64,000 nt of DNA from NCBI GenBank assembly GCA_964016885.1, contig CAXHJY010000343.1, forward strand, positions 1-64,000, read 5' to 3'. Origin of the DNA: Eledone cirrhosa (Eukaryota). Both the position numbers and the translations under genes were made by a program. How positions within the stretch are numbered: position 1 is the stretch's first letter; each line of letters starts with the position of its first letter. Positions 1 to 18,146 of the stretch are shown one piece after another. The notes beneath the pieces were generated by a model. That model was not told the origin of the DNA. It saw nothing but the letters and a program-made list of their open reading frames with translations, and did not search any database.

Positions 1-4985
<4,985 letters not shown>

Positions 4986-5119
4986 GTAGATAAATCTACC
5001 AAGAGTTTACGGTAGTGTCCAATCCGTATGAAGAACTCAATGTATTCCGGATATCATGGAAAGAAGAGATGTAATGAAAATCCACTTTCGGTGAAAGATA
5101 AACGGTATACAGAGTCAAG

Positions 5120-5532
5120 ATAAAATATTAAACAAATAATGAACAAACAATTCCTTATATTAAACAAAAAAAGTTCACTATTTAACGATCGTTTCTAGGG
5201 CATATATGTGTTATAATTGGTATGCATATTTAACAGATCTATGTACAAAATTATACAAAATTATACAAATTATCAAGATTAAATATACATACCTAACTCA
5301 TATATACGCCGTCTTCAGAAATAATCTTTATTTCTGAAGACGGCGTATATATGAGTTAGGTATGTATATTTAATCTTGATAATTTGTATAATTTTGTATA
5401 ATTTTGTACATAGATCTGTTAAATATGCATACCAATTATAACACATATATGCCCTAGAAACGATCGTTAAATAGTGAACTTTTTTTGTTTAATATAAGGA
5501 ATTGTTTGTTCATTATTTGTTTAATATTTTAT
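5120..5532. repeat. Perfect inverted repeat, 205-bp arms, 3-nt loop (TCT 5325-5327)
   Basis: 5120-5324 is the reverse complement of 5328-5532 (gtcttcagaaataa TCT ttatttctgaagac). Confidence 0.95.
5329..5473 (+). ncRNA. Candidate type-I hammerhead ribozyme with very long stem II (mirror copy on - strand 5179-5323)
   Basis: TATTT-CTGAAGA-[C GGCGTATAT...ATATATGCC CTA]-GAAA-CGATCG-TT-AAATA. Palindromic stem III; the base of stem II is imperfect. Confidence 0.6.
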
Positions 5533-5551
5533 ATATATATATATATAAATA

Positions 5552-5591
<40 letters not shown>

Positions 5592-5710
5592 TTAATATAT
5601 ATATATATATATATATATTAATATATATATATATATATATATATTAATATATATATATTAATATATATATATATATATATATATTAATATTAATATATAT
5701 ATATATATAT

Positions 5711-5941
5711 ATTGGAATAAATGCTCTGAAATAGCGATATATATGTGAATATAGACATAGAATATTCGAAAATATTCTGTATGTTTATAATAAACATTTT
5801 GAAGACCTAATCGCTATAGAATAGAATACGTCACGTATTACAATTAGATTCTCGATAAAAGCAAGGGAAGTAATCTACGCGTTTCATTCTTGTTAGAAAT
5901 CATCAGGACTACATATCCAGTGCTTTTATCGAGAATGACAC
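5711..5941 (-). mobile_element. Inverted partial copy of the 310-bp HHR unit (HHR at 5870-5912)
   Basis: Reverse complement of part of the array unit, directly abutting it; resembles a PLE-type inverted 5' end. Confidence 0.92.
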
Positions 5942-7851
5942 ATGTTTATTATAAACATACAGAATATTTTCGAATATTCTATGTCTATATTCACATATAT
6001 ATCGCTATTTCAGAGCATTTATTCCAATTTCTAATTTCTGCCGGACCGGCAACCGCTCTTTCAAACCAGTTCCTGTACACAGCTAAGTATTCTATAAGTC
6101 TCTAGCTGTGTCATTCTCGATAAAAGCACTGGATATGTAGTCCTGATGATTTCTAACAAGAATGAAACGCGTAGATTACTTCCCTTGCTTTTATCGAGAA
6201 TCTAATTGTAATACGTGACGTATTCTATTCTATAGCGATTAGGTCTTCAAAATGTTTATTATAAACATACAGAATATTTTCGAATATTCTATGTCTATAT
6301 TCACATATATATCGCTATTTCAGAGCATTTATTTCAATTTCTAATTTCTGCCGGACCGGCAACCGCTCTTTCAAACCAGTTCCTGTACACAGCTAAGTAT
6401 TCTATAAGTCTCTAGCTGTGTCATTCTCGATAAAAGCACTGGATATGTAGTCCTGATGATTTCTAACAAGAATGAAACGCGTAGATTACTTCCCTTGCTT
6501 TTATCGAGAATCTAATTGTAATACGTGACGTATTCTATTCTATAGCGATTAGGTCTTCAAAATGTTTATTATAAACATACAGAATATTTTCGAATATTCT
6601 ATGTCTATATTCACATATATATCGCTATTTCAGAGCATTTATTCCAATTTCTAATTTCTGCCGGACCGGCAACCGCTCTTTCAAACCAGTTCCTGTACAC
6701 AGCTAAGTATTCTATAAGTCTCTAGCTGTGTTATTCTCGATAAAAGCACTGGATATGTAGTCCTGATGATTTCTAACAAGAATGAAACGCGTAGATTACT
6801 TCCCTTGCTTTTATCGAGAATCTAATTGTAATACGTGACGTATTCTATTCTATAGCGATTAGGTCTTCAAAATGTTTATTATAAACATACAGAATATTTT
6901 CGAATATTCTATGTCTATATTCACATATATATCGCTATTTCAGAGCATTTATTCCAATTTCTAATTTCTGCCGGACCGGCAACCGCTCTTTCAAACCAGT
7001 TCCTGTACACAGCTAAGTATTCTATAAGTCTCTAGCTGTGTCATTCTCGATAAAAGCACTGGATATGTAGTCCTGATGATTTCTAACAAGAATGAAACGC
7101 GTAGATTACTTCCCTTGCTTTTATCGAGAATCTAATTGTAATACGTGACGTATTCTATTCTATAGCGATTAGGTCTTCAAAATGTTTATTATAAACATAC
7201 AGAATATTTTCGAATATTCTATGTCTATATTCACATATATATCGCTATTTCAGAGCATTTATTCCAATTTCTAATTTCTGCCGGACCGGCAACCGCTCTT
7301 TCAAACCAGTTCCTGTACACAGCTAAGTATTCTATAAGTCTCTAGCTGTGTCATTCTCGATAAAAGCACTGGATATGTAGTCCTGATGATTTCTAACAAG
7401 AATGAAACGCGTAGATTACTTCCCTTGCTTTTATCGAGAATCTAATTGTAATACGTGACGTATTCTATTCTATAGCGATTAGGTCTTCAAAATGTTTATT
7501 ATAAACATACAGAATATTTTCGAATATTCTATGTCTATATTCACATATATATCGCTATTTCAGAGCATTTATTCCAATTTCTAGTTTCTGCCGGACCGGC
7601 AACCGCTCTTTCAAACCAGTTCCTGTACACAGCTAAGTATTCTATAAGTCTCTAGCTGTGTCATTCTCGATAAAAGCACTGGATATGTAGTCCTGATGAT
7701 TTCTAACAAGAATGAAACGCGTAGATTACTTCCCTTGCTTTTATCGAGAATCTAATTGTAATACGTGACGTATTCTATTCTATAGCGATTAGGTCTTCAA
7801 AATGTTTATTATAAACATACAGAATATTTTCGAATATTCTATGTCTATATT

Positions 7852-7860
<9 letters not shown>
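5942..7860 (+). mobile_element. Non-LTR retrozyme-like tandem array: 6 full + 1 partial 310-bp units, one hammerhead each
   Basis: Units start at 5942, 6252, 6562, 6872, 7182, 7492, 7802. Only 3 substitutions seen (6334, 6732, 7584). Flanked by (TA)n. Confidence 0.9.
6137..6179 (+). ncRNA. Minimal type-I hammerhead ribozyme (also 6447-6489, 6757-6799, 7067-7109, 7377-7419, 7687-7729)
   Basis: GTAGTC-CTGATGA-TTTCT AACA AGAAT-GAAA-CGCG-TA^GATTAC. Palindromic ACGCGT stem III; predicted cleavage after 6173. Confidence 0.88.
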
Positions 7861-7915
<55 letters not shown>

Positions 7916-7929
7916 TATATGGATGGATG

Positions 7930-8268
7930 GAGGCACATGGCTTAGTGGTTAGAGCATTGGCCTTGCAATCAAAAGGTTGTGAGTTCAATTCTCAGACCGG
8001 GTGATGTGTTGTTTCCTTGAGCAAGACACTTTATTTCACATTGCTCGAGTTTACTCAGCTGTAGAAATGAGATGATAGGGACTGGGGTCCCTATCATTCC
8101 ACTGTAAAGTGGTCGTGGAGGTGCCACGGCAAAAAAGCACCCAGCACTCACTGTAAATGAGGTTGGTGTTAGGAAGGGCATCCAGCTGTAGAAATCAAGC
8201 CAGAATCAGTTCCCGTCCCACCCTTGCAAGCAGGGAAAAGTGGACGTAAAATGAGATGATGATGATGA
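7930..8268 (+). mobile_element. tRNA-derived CORE-type SINE with RTE-derived 3' tail
   Basis: A box TGGCTTAGTGG, B box GAGTTCAATTC, CORE-like CCTTGAGCAAGACACTT, tail shared with the RTE 3' UTR, ends in (GAT)n. Confidence 0.85.
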
Positions 8269-8556
8269 AGATATACATTATATATATATATATAATATAT
8301 ATGTACATGTACATATATATAATGTACATGTACATATATATTATATATATATATATGTACATTATATATATATATATATATATGTACATTATATATATTT
8401 GTATATATATATGTACATTATAAATATATATACATTATATATTCATAATATACATTATATATATATATACACATTATATATATATATATATATATATGTA
8501 CATTATACATACATTATATATATATATATATATATACATTATATACATTATATATA

Positions 8557-9041
8557 TGTACAGGTCAGTGTCCACCAGGGCTCTGTTCTTAGCCCTCTCC
8601 TGTTCATCATATACATATATGCATATATATACACATATACATATACATATACACATATATATATATACATACACGACCGTGACTTCTGGCGTCACGCAGT
8701 AATACAGGGTACCCGACCTCCCATGGGTACATGCTGAAGCATATAAACAATATGCCCCCACTCCCCCCACCGCAAGGTGGTCGTGGAAGTGCCACGGCAA
8801 AAAAGCACCCAGCCCACACTGTAAAGTGGACGTGTAGGCGCCACGAAAAAGCACCCAGCACTCACTGTAAATGAGGTTGGTGTTAGGAAGGGCATCCAGC
8901 TGTAGAAATCAAGCCAGATCAGTTCCTGTATGAGCAAGGCATGGTCAGCCGACCAGACACTGCCCACATAGGACAACCCGTCTAACCCATGCTAGCGTGG
9001 AAGAACGGACGTAAAACGGTGATGATGATGGTGATGATGAT
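8557..9041 (+). mobile_element. RTE LINE remnants (RT sliver 8557-8611 and 3' end 8671-9041) separated by microsatellite
   Basis: Encodes VHQGSVLSPLLFII and HDRDFWRHAVIQGT; near-identical to ~14513-14568 and ~15519-15885. Confidence 0.85.
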
Positions 9042-9059
9042 ATATATATACATATATAT

Positions 9060-9332
9060 AACAAGTATGTGTGGTAAGGAACCAGATGGACCATAACGTA
9101 CCAGATTACTCAATACTTAGGCTAGTAGAGTGGGTAATAAGAAAAAGTATGACCCCGACGGCAGAGCTCAAGCTATTTCTGGACTAAATTAGAATTTTTA
9201 GCCTGGTGAAACAATAGCCGAACTTGTCAAGGGGGTACTTCCTTATATGGGAAGATTGTAGTTATCAAGAGGATTGGTTAAAATTTGTTGTAAACACAAA
9301 TAAGTCTATCATGGCATTTGGTGGGGGGTAGG
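9060..9332 (-). mobile_element. Copy of dispersed HHR/pLTR-like family F (GAAA half of the core deleted)
   Basis: Homologous to 29249-29460, 33077-33283, 39819-40041 and 48640-48862. Confidence 0.7.
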
Positions 9333-9342
9333 TATATACAAA

Positions 9343-9374
<32 letters not shown>

Positions 9375-9502
9375 CACATATACATATATATATATATACA
9401 TATATATACATATATATATATACACATATATATACATATATATATATACACATATATATATACACATATATATACATATATATATATACACATATACATA
9501 TA

Positions 9503-9540
<38 letters not shown>

Positions 9541-9594
9541 CATATATACATATATATATATACACATATACATATATATATATACACATATACA

Positions 9595-9644
<50 letters not shown>

Positions 9645-9813
9645 TATACATATATACATATATATATATACACATATACATATATATATATACACATATA
9701 CATATATATATATACACATATACATATATATATATACACATATACATATATATATATACACATATACATATATATATATACACATATACATATATATATA
9801 TACACATATACAT

Positions 9814-9847
<34 letters not shown>

Positions 9848-10721
9848 ACATATACATACATATACATATACATACATATACATACATATACATATATATA
9901 CATATATATATACATATACATATATATATACATATACATATATATATACATATATATATATATACATATATATATACATATACATATATACATATATATA
10001 TACATACATATATATATACATATACATACATATATATATACATATACATATATACATATATATATACATATACATATATATACATATATATATACATATA
10101 CATATACATATACATACATATACATATACATATACATACATATATATATACATATACATACATATATATATACATATACATATATATATACATATATATA
10201 TACATATACATATATATATACATATATATATACATATATATACATATATATATACATATATATACATATATATATACATATATATACATATACACATATA
10301 TATATATACACATATATATACATACACATATATATACATATACATATATATACATATACATATATATACATATATATACATATACATATATATACATATA
10401 CATATATATACATATACATATATATACATATACATACATATACATATATATACATATACATATATATACATATACATACATATACATATACATATATATA
10501 CATATATATACATATACATATACATATACATATATATACATATACATATACATATACATATATATACATATACATATATATACATATACATATATATACA
10601 TATACATATATATACATATACATATATATATATATACATATACATACATATATATACATATACATATACATATATATACATATACATATATATACACATA
10701 TACATATATATACACATATAC

Positions 10722-10754
<33 letters not shown>

Positions 10755-10869
10755 CATATATACATACATATATATATACATATATATATACATATATATA
10801 CATATATATACATATATATACATATATATACATACACATATACATATATATACATATATATATATATAC

Positions 10870-10943
<74 letters not shown>

Positions 10944-12588
10944 ACATATATATATATATACATATACATATATATACATATATATATACATATACATATA
11001 TATACATATATATATATATACATATACATATATATACATATACATATATATACATATATATACATATATATATATATACATATACATATATATACATATA
11101 CATATATATACATATATATATATATACATATACATATATATACATATATATATACACATATACATATATATACATATATATATACACATATACATATATA
11201 TACATATATATATACACATATACATATATATACATATATATATACACATATACATATATATACATATATATATACACATATACATATATATACACACATA
11301 TACATACACATATACATACACATATACATACATATATATACACACATATACATATATATACATATATATATACATATATATACATATATATATATACACA
11401 TATATATACATATATATATATATACACATATATATGTACATATACATATATATACACATATATATGTACATATACATATATATACACATATATATGTACA
11501 TATACATATATATACACATATATATATACATATACATATATATACACATATATATATACATATACATATATATACACATATATATACATATATATATACA
11601 TATACATATATATACACATATATATATACATATACATATATATACACATATATATATACATATACATATATATACACATATATATACATATATATATACA
11701 TATATATATACATATATACATATATATATGTACATATACATATATATACATATATATATACATATACATATACATATATACATATACATATATATATATA
11801 CATATTTATATATACATATTTATATATACATATTTATATATACATATATATATATACATATTTATATATACATATTTATATATACATATTTATATATACA
11901 TATTTATATATACATATTTATATATACATATATATATATACATATATATATATACATATATATATATACATATATACATATATATACATATGTATACATA
12001 TATATATATACATATATATATATACATATATATATATACATATATATATATACATATATATATATACATATATATATATATACATATATATATATACACA
12101 TATATATATATACACATATATATATACATATATATATATACATATATATATATACATATATATATATATACATATATATATATACACATATATATATATA
12201 CACATATATATATATACATATATATATATACATATATATATATACATATATATATATATACATATACATATATATATATACATATATATATATACATATA
12301 TATATATACATATATATATATACATATATATATATACATATATATATACACATATATATATACACATATATATATACACATATATATATATACATATATA
12401 TATATACATATATATATATACATATATATATACACATATATATATACACATATATATATACACATATATATATACACATATATATATACACATATATATA
12501 TACATATATATATACACATATATATATACATATATATATACATATATATATATACATATATATATACATATATATATATACATATATA
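9333..12588. repeat. Compound (TA)n/(TACA)n microsatellite
   Basis: TA repeats interrupted by CA. Confidence 0.97.
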
Positions 12589-12589
12589 T

Positions 12590-13130
12590 GGTGGTGGCTG
12601 CCAACTCGTTTTCGAGTACGGCCACTACTTTATATCCATGTAGGAGAACCCCTACCGATGCGCTGAACGAGTGTGACTTTTGAGTCCAGCCAGCGACTTG
12701 AAAACTCTGGTACAAACACTACACCTGTGACAATTATTGACACACAGTGCTGGGCCCATGGTACCATGTGATGACAAGTGCAGAGAGATCTCCAGATATA
12801 AAGCAATGCCTGTGCCGTGAAGCTTTTATAGTGAGCAAAGGCATTGCACAAAGCCAGTCCCACTCTCTTAACCAAGATGATATTTACCAAAAAGAAGAAC
12901 AAGTCAACGTCATTGGATACCATCAGGGTTGCAGGTGTTATATCAGAGTTTTCCTTCTCCTAGAATTCTGCCTTGACAAAGGCTAAGGGGTCATCTCTCC
13001 CGGTGATTTTGGAAGGCCATTGACTCTTAAGAGCTCCTTTGCCCTTTGACAGGTTTTGTTTTTAGTCCTGCAGGATGTCCAAAGTCACCCTCCTCACCAA
13101 GAAACCTTGGTGGGGTTGCCAGTTTAGTCG
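12590..13130 (-). mobile_element. Dispersed repeat resembling an RTE 5' UTR/leader (second copy 42879-43441)
   Basis: Two similar copies. The minus strand has CTAGGAGAAGGAAAACTCTGA, which I recall from RTE 5' UTRs, and a CACCAAG...CTTGGTG hairpin. Confidence 0.55.
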
Positions 13131-13511
13131 TATATATATACACATATATATATACATATATATATACATATATATATATACATATATATATACATACATA
13201 TATATATACACATATATATATACATATATATATATACATATATATATATACATATATATATATACATATATATATATACATATATATATATACATATATA
13301 TATATACATATATATATATACATATATATATACATATATATATATACATATATATATACATATATACATATATATATATACATATATATATATACATATA
13401 TATATATACATATATATATACATATATATATATACATATATATATACATATATATATATATACACATATATATACATATATATATATATACACATATATA
13501 TATATGTATAT

Positions 13512-15885
13512 ATGACTTGGTGGTGGAACAATAAGGTAGATGAAGCAGTCAAGGCCAAGAGACAGGCATGGAAAGAATGGAAGAACGGGGGGAGCAGGGT
13601 ACATCACATAGAGACCAAGAGGGAAGCTAGGCGACAAGTATACTTAGCTAGGAGGGAAGCAGAGGATAGAAAATTCAAGCATGTTTTACAACGTGAGGAC
13701 CAGAAACAGGAGGTATTCAAGATTGCGAGGCAGTGTGTCAGAGATAGTTGTGATGTCATTGGAGAGAAGTGTATCCGGAATGATAAAGGTGAGCTTGCCC
13801 TCACAAGTGCTGAGAAGAAAGATGCATGGAAGAGTCATTAAGATAGATTACTAAATGAGGAGAATGCATGGGAAGAAGAGACCCTACCCCACGTAGACCC
13901 TATAGAGGGACCAGCAGTACAAGTCAGCGGCAGCGTAGTAAGTAAGGCAATCAGAGATATGAAGATGGGGAAGGCAACCGGTCCATCGGGTATAGCTGCC
14001 GAGATGCTGAAGGTATCTGGGTCTGTAGGTCACACTATAACCACACGTATCGTTAACCAGGTAATACTAGAGGGGGCCATACCAAAAGATTGGTGCAGTA
14101 GCATCATTGTCAACTGCTACAAAGGTAAAGGCGATGCACTAGATAGAGGAAACTATAGAGGTATAAAGTTGATGGACCAGGTCATGAAAGTAACAGAAAG
14201 AGTTATAGCACAGCTGATTAGGGACCGGGTGAATATAGACGAGATGCAATTTGGGTTTGTACCAGGGAAAGGCACCACTGATGCCCTCTTCCTTGTGAGG
14301 CAATTACAGGAAAAGTACCTAGCTAAAAGCAAGCCACTCTACTTGGCATTTGTCGACCTTGAGAAAGCCTTTGACAGAGTTCCACGTGCAGTAATCTGGT
14401 GGGCTCTTAGAAAACTAGGAGTAGATGAATGGCTTGTGAAAGCGGTACAAGCCATGTATAGGGGAGCAGTCAGCAAAGTTAGGATTAGCAATGAGTATAG
14501 CGAGGAATTTAGCGTACAGGTTGGGGTCCACCAGGGCTCTGTTCTTAGCCCTCTCCTGTTCATCATAGTCCTGCAGGCAATAACGGAGGAGTTTAAGACC
14601 GGATGCCCATGGGAACTCCTGTATGCTGATGACCTCGCACTCATAGCTGAATCTATGGTAGAACTAGAGAATAAATTCCAAACCTGGAAGCAGGGACTAG
14701 AGAGAAAGGGCCTCAAAGTCAACATGACAAAGACTAAGGTCCTTATAAGTAGACGAGAAAACAGAACCCAGATCCCCTCAGGGAAATGGCCTTGCTCAGT
14801 ATGTAGGAAAGGTGTAGGTAGGAACTCCATTCTCTGCCCCAAATGCAAACAATGGGTACACAAGAGATGTAGCGGGATCTCAGGAAGCTTAATTAAGAAT
14901 GTAGGATTCACATGCAGCAGCTGTGCTGAAACAGCAAGCAAACAGCCACAGGAAACAAGTACCACCAATCTCTGGGAGGGCCCTGTAGAAACAGTAGACA
15001 GCTTCTGCTACCTAGGTGACCGAATTAGCAGCGGAGGTGGGTGCTCAGAAAGTACAATAACTAGGGTAAGAACGGGATGGAAGAAGTTTAGGGAACTACT
15101 ACCACTGCTAGCTGCAAAAGGCTTCTCTCTCAGAATGAAAGGCAGACTGTATGATGCGTGTATCCGAACAGCGATGTTGCATGGTAGTGAGACCTGGGCG
15201 CTGAAGGTGGAAGACTTACGTAGATTAGAGAGTAACGAAGCCTGCATGCTCCGATGGATGTGTAACAGTAATATACATGAACGACAAAGCATAAAGGAAT
15301 TGAGAGAGAGACTGAGCATAAGAGGAATCAAATGCTGCGTGCAGGAGAGGCGGTTACGCTGGTATGGACATGTGATGCGTATGAAGGATGACAGCTGCAT
15401 AAAAAGGTGCAGAGCACTAGAAGTTGATGGAAACCGCGGAGTGGGGAGACCCAAGATGACTTGGGATGAGGTGATAAAAGCCGACCTTACCCAACTACAC
15501 CTCTCAAAGTCAATGACACACGACCGTTACTTCTGGCGTCACGAAGTAATACAGGGTACCTGACCTCCCATGGGTACATGCTGAAGCATATAAACAATAT
15601 GCCCCCACTCCCCCCACCGCAAGGTGGTCTTGGAGGTGCCACGGCAAAAAAGCACCCAGCCCACACTGTAAAGTGGACGTGTAGGCGCCACGAAAAAGCA
15701 CCCAGCACTCACTGTAAATGAGGTTGGTGTTAGGAAGGGCATCCAGCTGTAGAAATCAAGCCAGATCAGTTCCTGTATGAGCAAGGCATGGTCAGCCGAC
15801 CAGACACTGCCCACAACAGGACAACCCGTCTAACCCATGCTAGCATGGAAGAACGGACGTAAAACGGTGATGATGATGATGATGA
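13512..15885 (+). mobile_element. 5'-truncated RTE-clade LINE
   Basis: TWWWN region, one in-frame stop at 13839, RT ORF, 3' UTR, (GAT)n tail. Confidence 0.95.
13959..15563 (+). CDS. RTE reverse transcriptase with PHD-like C4HC3 insert
   Basis: NYRGIKL, QFGF, FVDLEKAFDRV, GVHQGSVLSPLLF, LLYADD, FCYLG, RRLRWYGHV, GRPKMTW. Confidence 0.93.
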   Translation: MKMGKATGPSGIAAEMLKVSGSVGHTITTRIVNQVILEGAIPKDWCSSIIVNCYKGKGDALDRGNYRGIKLMDQVMKVTERVIAQLIRDRVNIDEMQFGFVPGKGTTDALFLVRQLQEKYLAKSKPLYLAFVDLEKAFDRVPRAVIWWALRKLGVDEWLVKAVQAMYRGAVSKVRISNEYSEEFSVQVGVHQGSVLSPLLFIIVLQAITEEFKTGCPWELLYADDLALIAESMVELENKFQTWKQGLERKGLKVNMTKTKVLISRRENRTQIPSGKWPCSVCRKGVGRNSILCPKCKQWVHKRCSGISGSLIKNVGFTCSSCAETASKQPQETSTTNLWEGPVETVDSFCYLGDRISSGGGCSESTITRVRTGWKKFRELLPLLAAKGFSLRMKGRLYDACIRTAMLHGSETWALKVEDLRRLESNEACMLRWMCNSNIHERQSIKELRERLSIRGIKCCVQERRLRWYGHVMRMKDDSCIKRCRALEVDGNRGVGRPKMTWDEVIKADLTQLHLSKSMTHDRYFWRHEVIQGT

Positions 15886-15902
15886 CATATATATATGTAT
15901 AT

Positions 15903-15935
<33 letters not shown>

Positions 15936-15948
15936 CATATATATAATT

Positions 15949-15993
<45 letters not shown>

Positions 15994-16279
15994 TATATAC
16001 ATATATACATATATACATATATATATACATATATATATATACATATACATACATATATATACATATACATACATATATATATATATATACATATATATCA
16101 TCATCATCATTTAACGTCCATCTTCCATACTAACACGGAATATATATATATACACACATTATATATATATATATATAAATGAAGTAATTCCATCGGAAAA
16201 GTCCAGGAAAAAAGAGTGCTCTATGTAAGCAACAGAGCTTAATTATTATTATTATGTAATAAACAACATAAGGCAATTA

Positions 16280-16339
16280 TTCCATTTACCAGTGGTTTCT
16301 TAAAAGCAAAAGGTTTTGCTTTCAATCCTCAGAATGAAA
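16280..16339 (-). ncRNA. Hammerhead ribozyme in PLE pLTR (inverted copy on + strand 21568-21627)
   Basis: TTTCATT-CTGAGGA-TTGAAAGCAAAA CC TTTTGCTTTTAA-GAAA-CCACTGG-TA^AATGGAA. Confidence 0.85.
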
Positions 16340-16544
16340 AATCCTGGTTTGTTTATTGAATATGGATTCTAAAAACAAAAATGCAATCTATATGAAAGTG
16401 AGGCTGGAAAAGGGAGAAGGAAAGGAAAAATAAAATAAAATAAAACTACACATGCAAACACACAAAAAAACACAAAAGCATACTTACACACACACACATA
16501 TATACACATATAATTTGCACGCATACACATATACACATACACAC

Positions 16545-16591
<47 letters not shown>

Positions 16592-16731
16592 TATACATAT
16601 AAAGAGCGTACACCTACACACACATACACATATACACATACATATATTCATACACACACACACACACACACATACACATATATATATATATATATATATA
16701 CATACATATACACACATATACACATATACAT

Positions 16732-16762
<31 letters not shown>

Positions 16763-17123
16763 CACACACATATATACATACATTCACACAAACATACAAC
16801 GTACATACATACACATACATGAATGCACTCCACTACATATTAACACACGCAAATAAATATAAGAAAAAAATATATAAATAATATTAACAAATATTTGACA
16901 GCGATACATGCCCCAGCTAACAGGACAGACACGCGTGGTAAGTAATACACACATAAGCACATATACATACGTTCGAAATAGTAAACACATACACACACTC
17001 TCACACATAAATATACATATACAAATACATAAACACGTACATACACATACATACGCAAACACGTACACGTATACAATATAAACACACACATGTATATGTA
17101 ATTATATACACACACACACACAC

Positions 17124-17162
<39 letters not shown>

Positions 17163-17611
17163 CAAAAATATAAAAATATAAACGCACACACACATATAAA
17201 TACGTAAACACACATATACATACATAGCTAAACAATTATACACATGCAAATACGTATATATCAAAAGAACGCACAACCAAATACAAACACACACACACAT
17301 ATATACACACACACACACACCCACACACAAACCCACACATACATAAAAATAAATAAAAACACACGCAACATATACATACATACACATACATATACATATA
17401 TACATACATACATATTCACATATATATATACACATATATACATAAATATATATATATATATACACACATTCACGTACACATACACACATGCATACACATA
17501 CACACACACATATACATGTGTGTATGTGTAAAGCTCTATTAGATAAGACAAATGAACCTTACATAAACGTATATATAGTAGTAAAGTAATAAAGCCATAC
17601 AAGGCAATTAA

Positions 17612-17670
17612 TCCATTCACCAGAGGTTTCTTAAAAGCAAAAAAGGTTTCCTTCAATCTTCAGAATGAAA
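17612..17670 (-). ncRNA. Diverged second pLTR hammerhead (GUG triplet, probably inactive)
   Basis: TTTCATT-CTGAAGA-...-GAAA-CCTCTGG-TG-AATGGA. Confidence 0.65.
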
Positions 17671-17756
17671 GAAGGCCCTGGTTTATCCACATATACATAC
17701 ATATACACACACAAATATACAAATATATACACACATACAGACACGCACACACACAC

Positions 17757-17790
<34 letters not shown>

Positions 17791-18146
17791 ATATACATAT
17801 ACATATACATATATATACATATACACATATATATATATATATATATATATACAGACACATATACATACACATATATACACATACACACATATACATACAT
17901 ACATACACATACATATACATACACAAACATATACGTACACATATACATATATACACACAAAAATACAAACACATACACATAGGTATGTGAAGGGCAAAAC
18001 AAAAAGAATATATGGGGGGGGGGGCTAAGAGGAGGTAAAAATATAAGGGGAGGTAAGGGAGAAAACAATTTTTTTAAATACAAGAGTACAGAAGGTAGAA
18101 GCAGCAAAATAAAAGCCGTAGCAAAAGTAAAGAGCAGAGAAGGAGT

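Noticed and set aside
5890-6105. 71-aa ORF at the start of the array
   Set aside because: Spans the inversion junction, starts at TTG and is not a property of the repeat unit
6205-6256. Possible second, antisense HHR in the 310-bp unit (TTGAAGA on the - strand)
   Set aside because: No GAAA or stem I partner could be assembled
7930-8010. tRNA gene
   Set aside because: A and B boxes are present but run into the CORE domain and LINE tail; it is a SINE head
9265-12683. ORFs of 800-1100 aa rich in Y/I/H/T/M/C/V (also 22732-25192, 43311-44943, 48842-49979)
   Set aside because: Translations of stop-free TA/CA microsatellites; no protein signal
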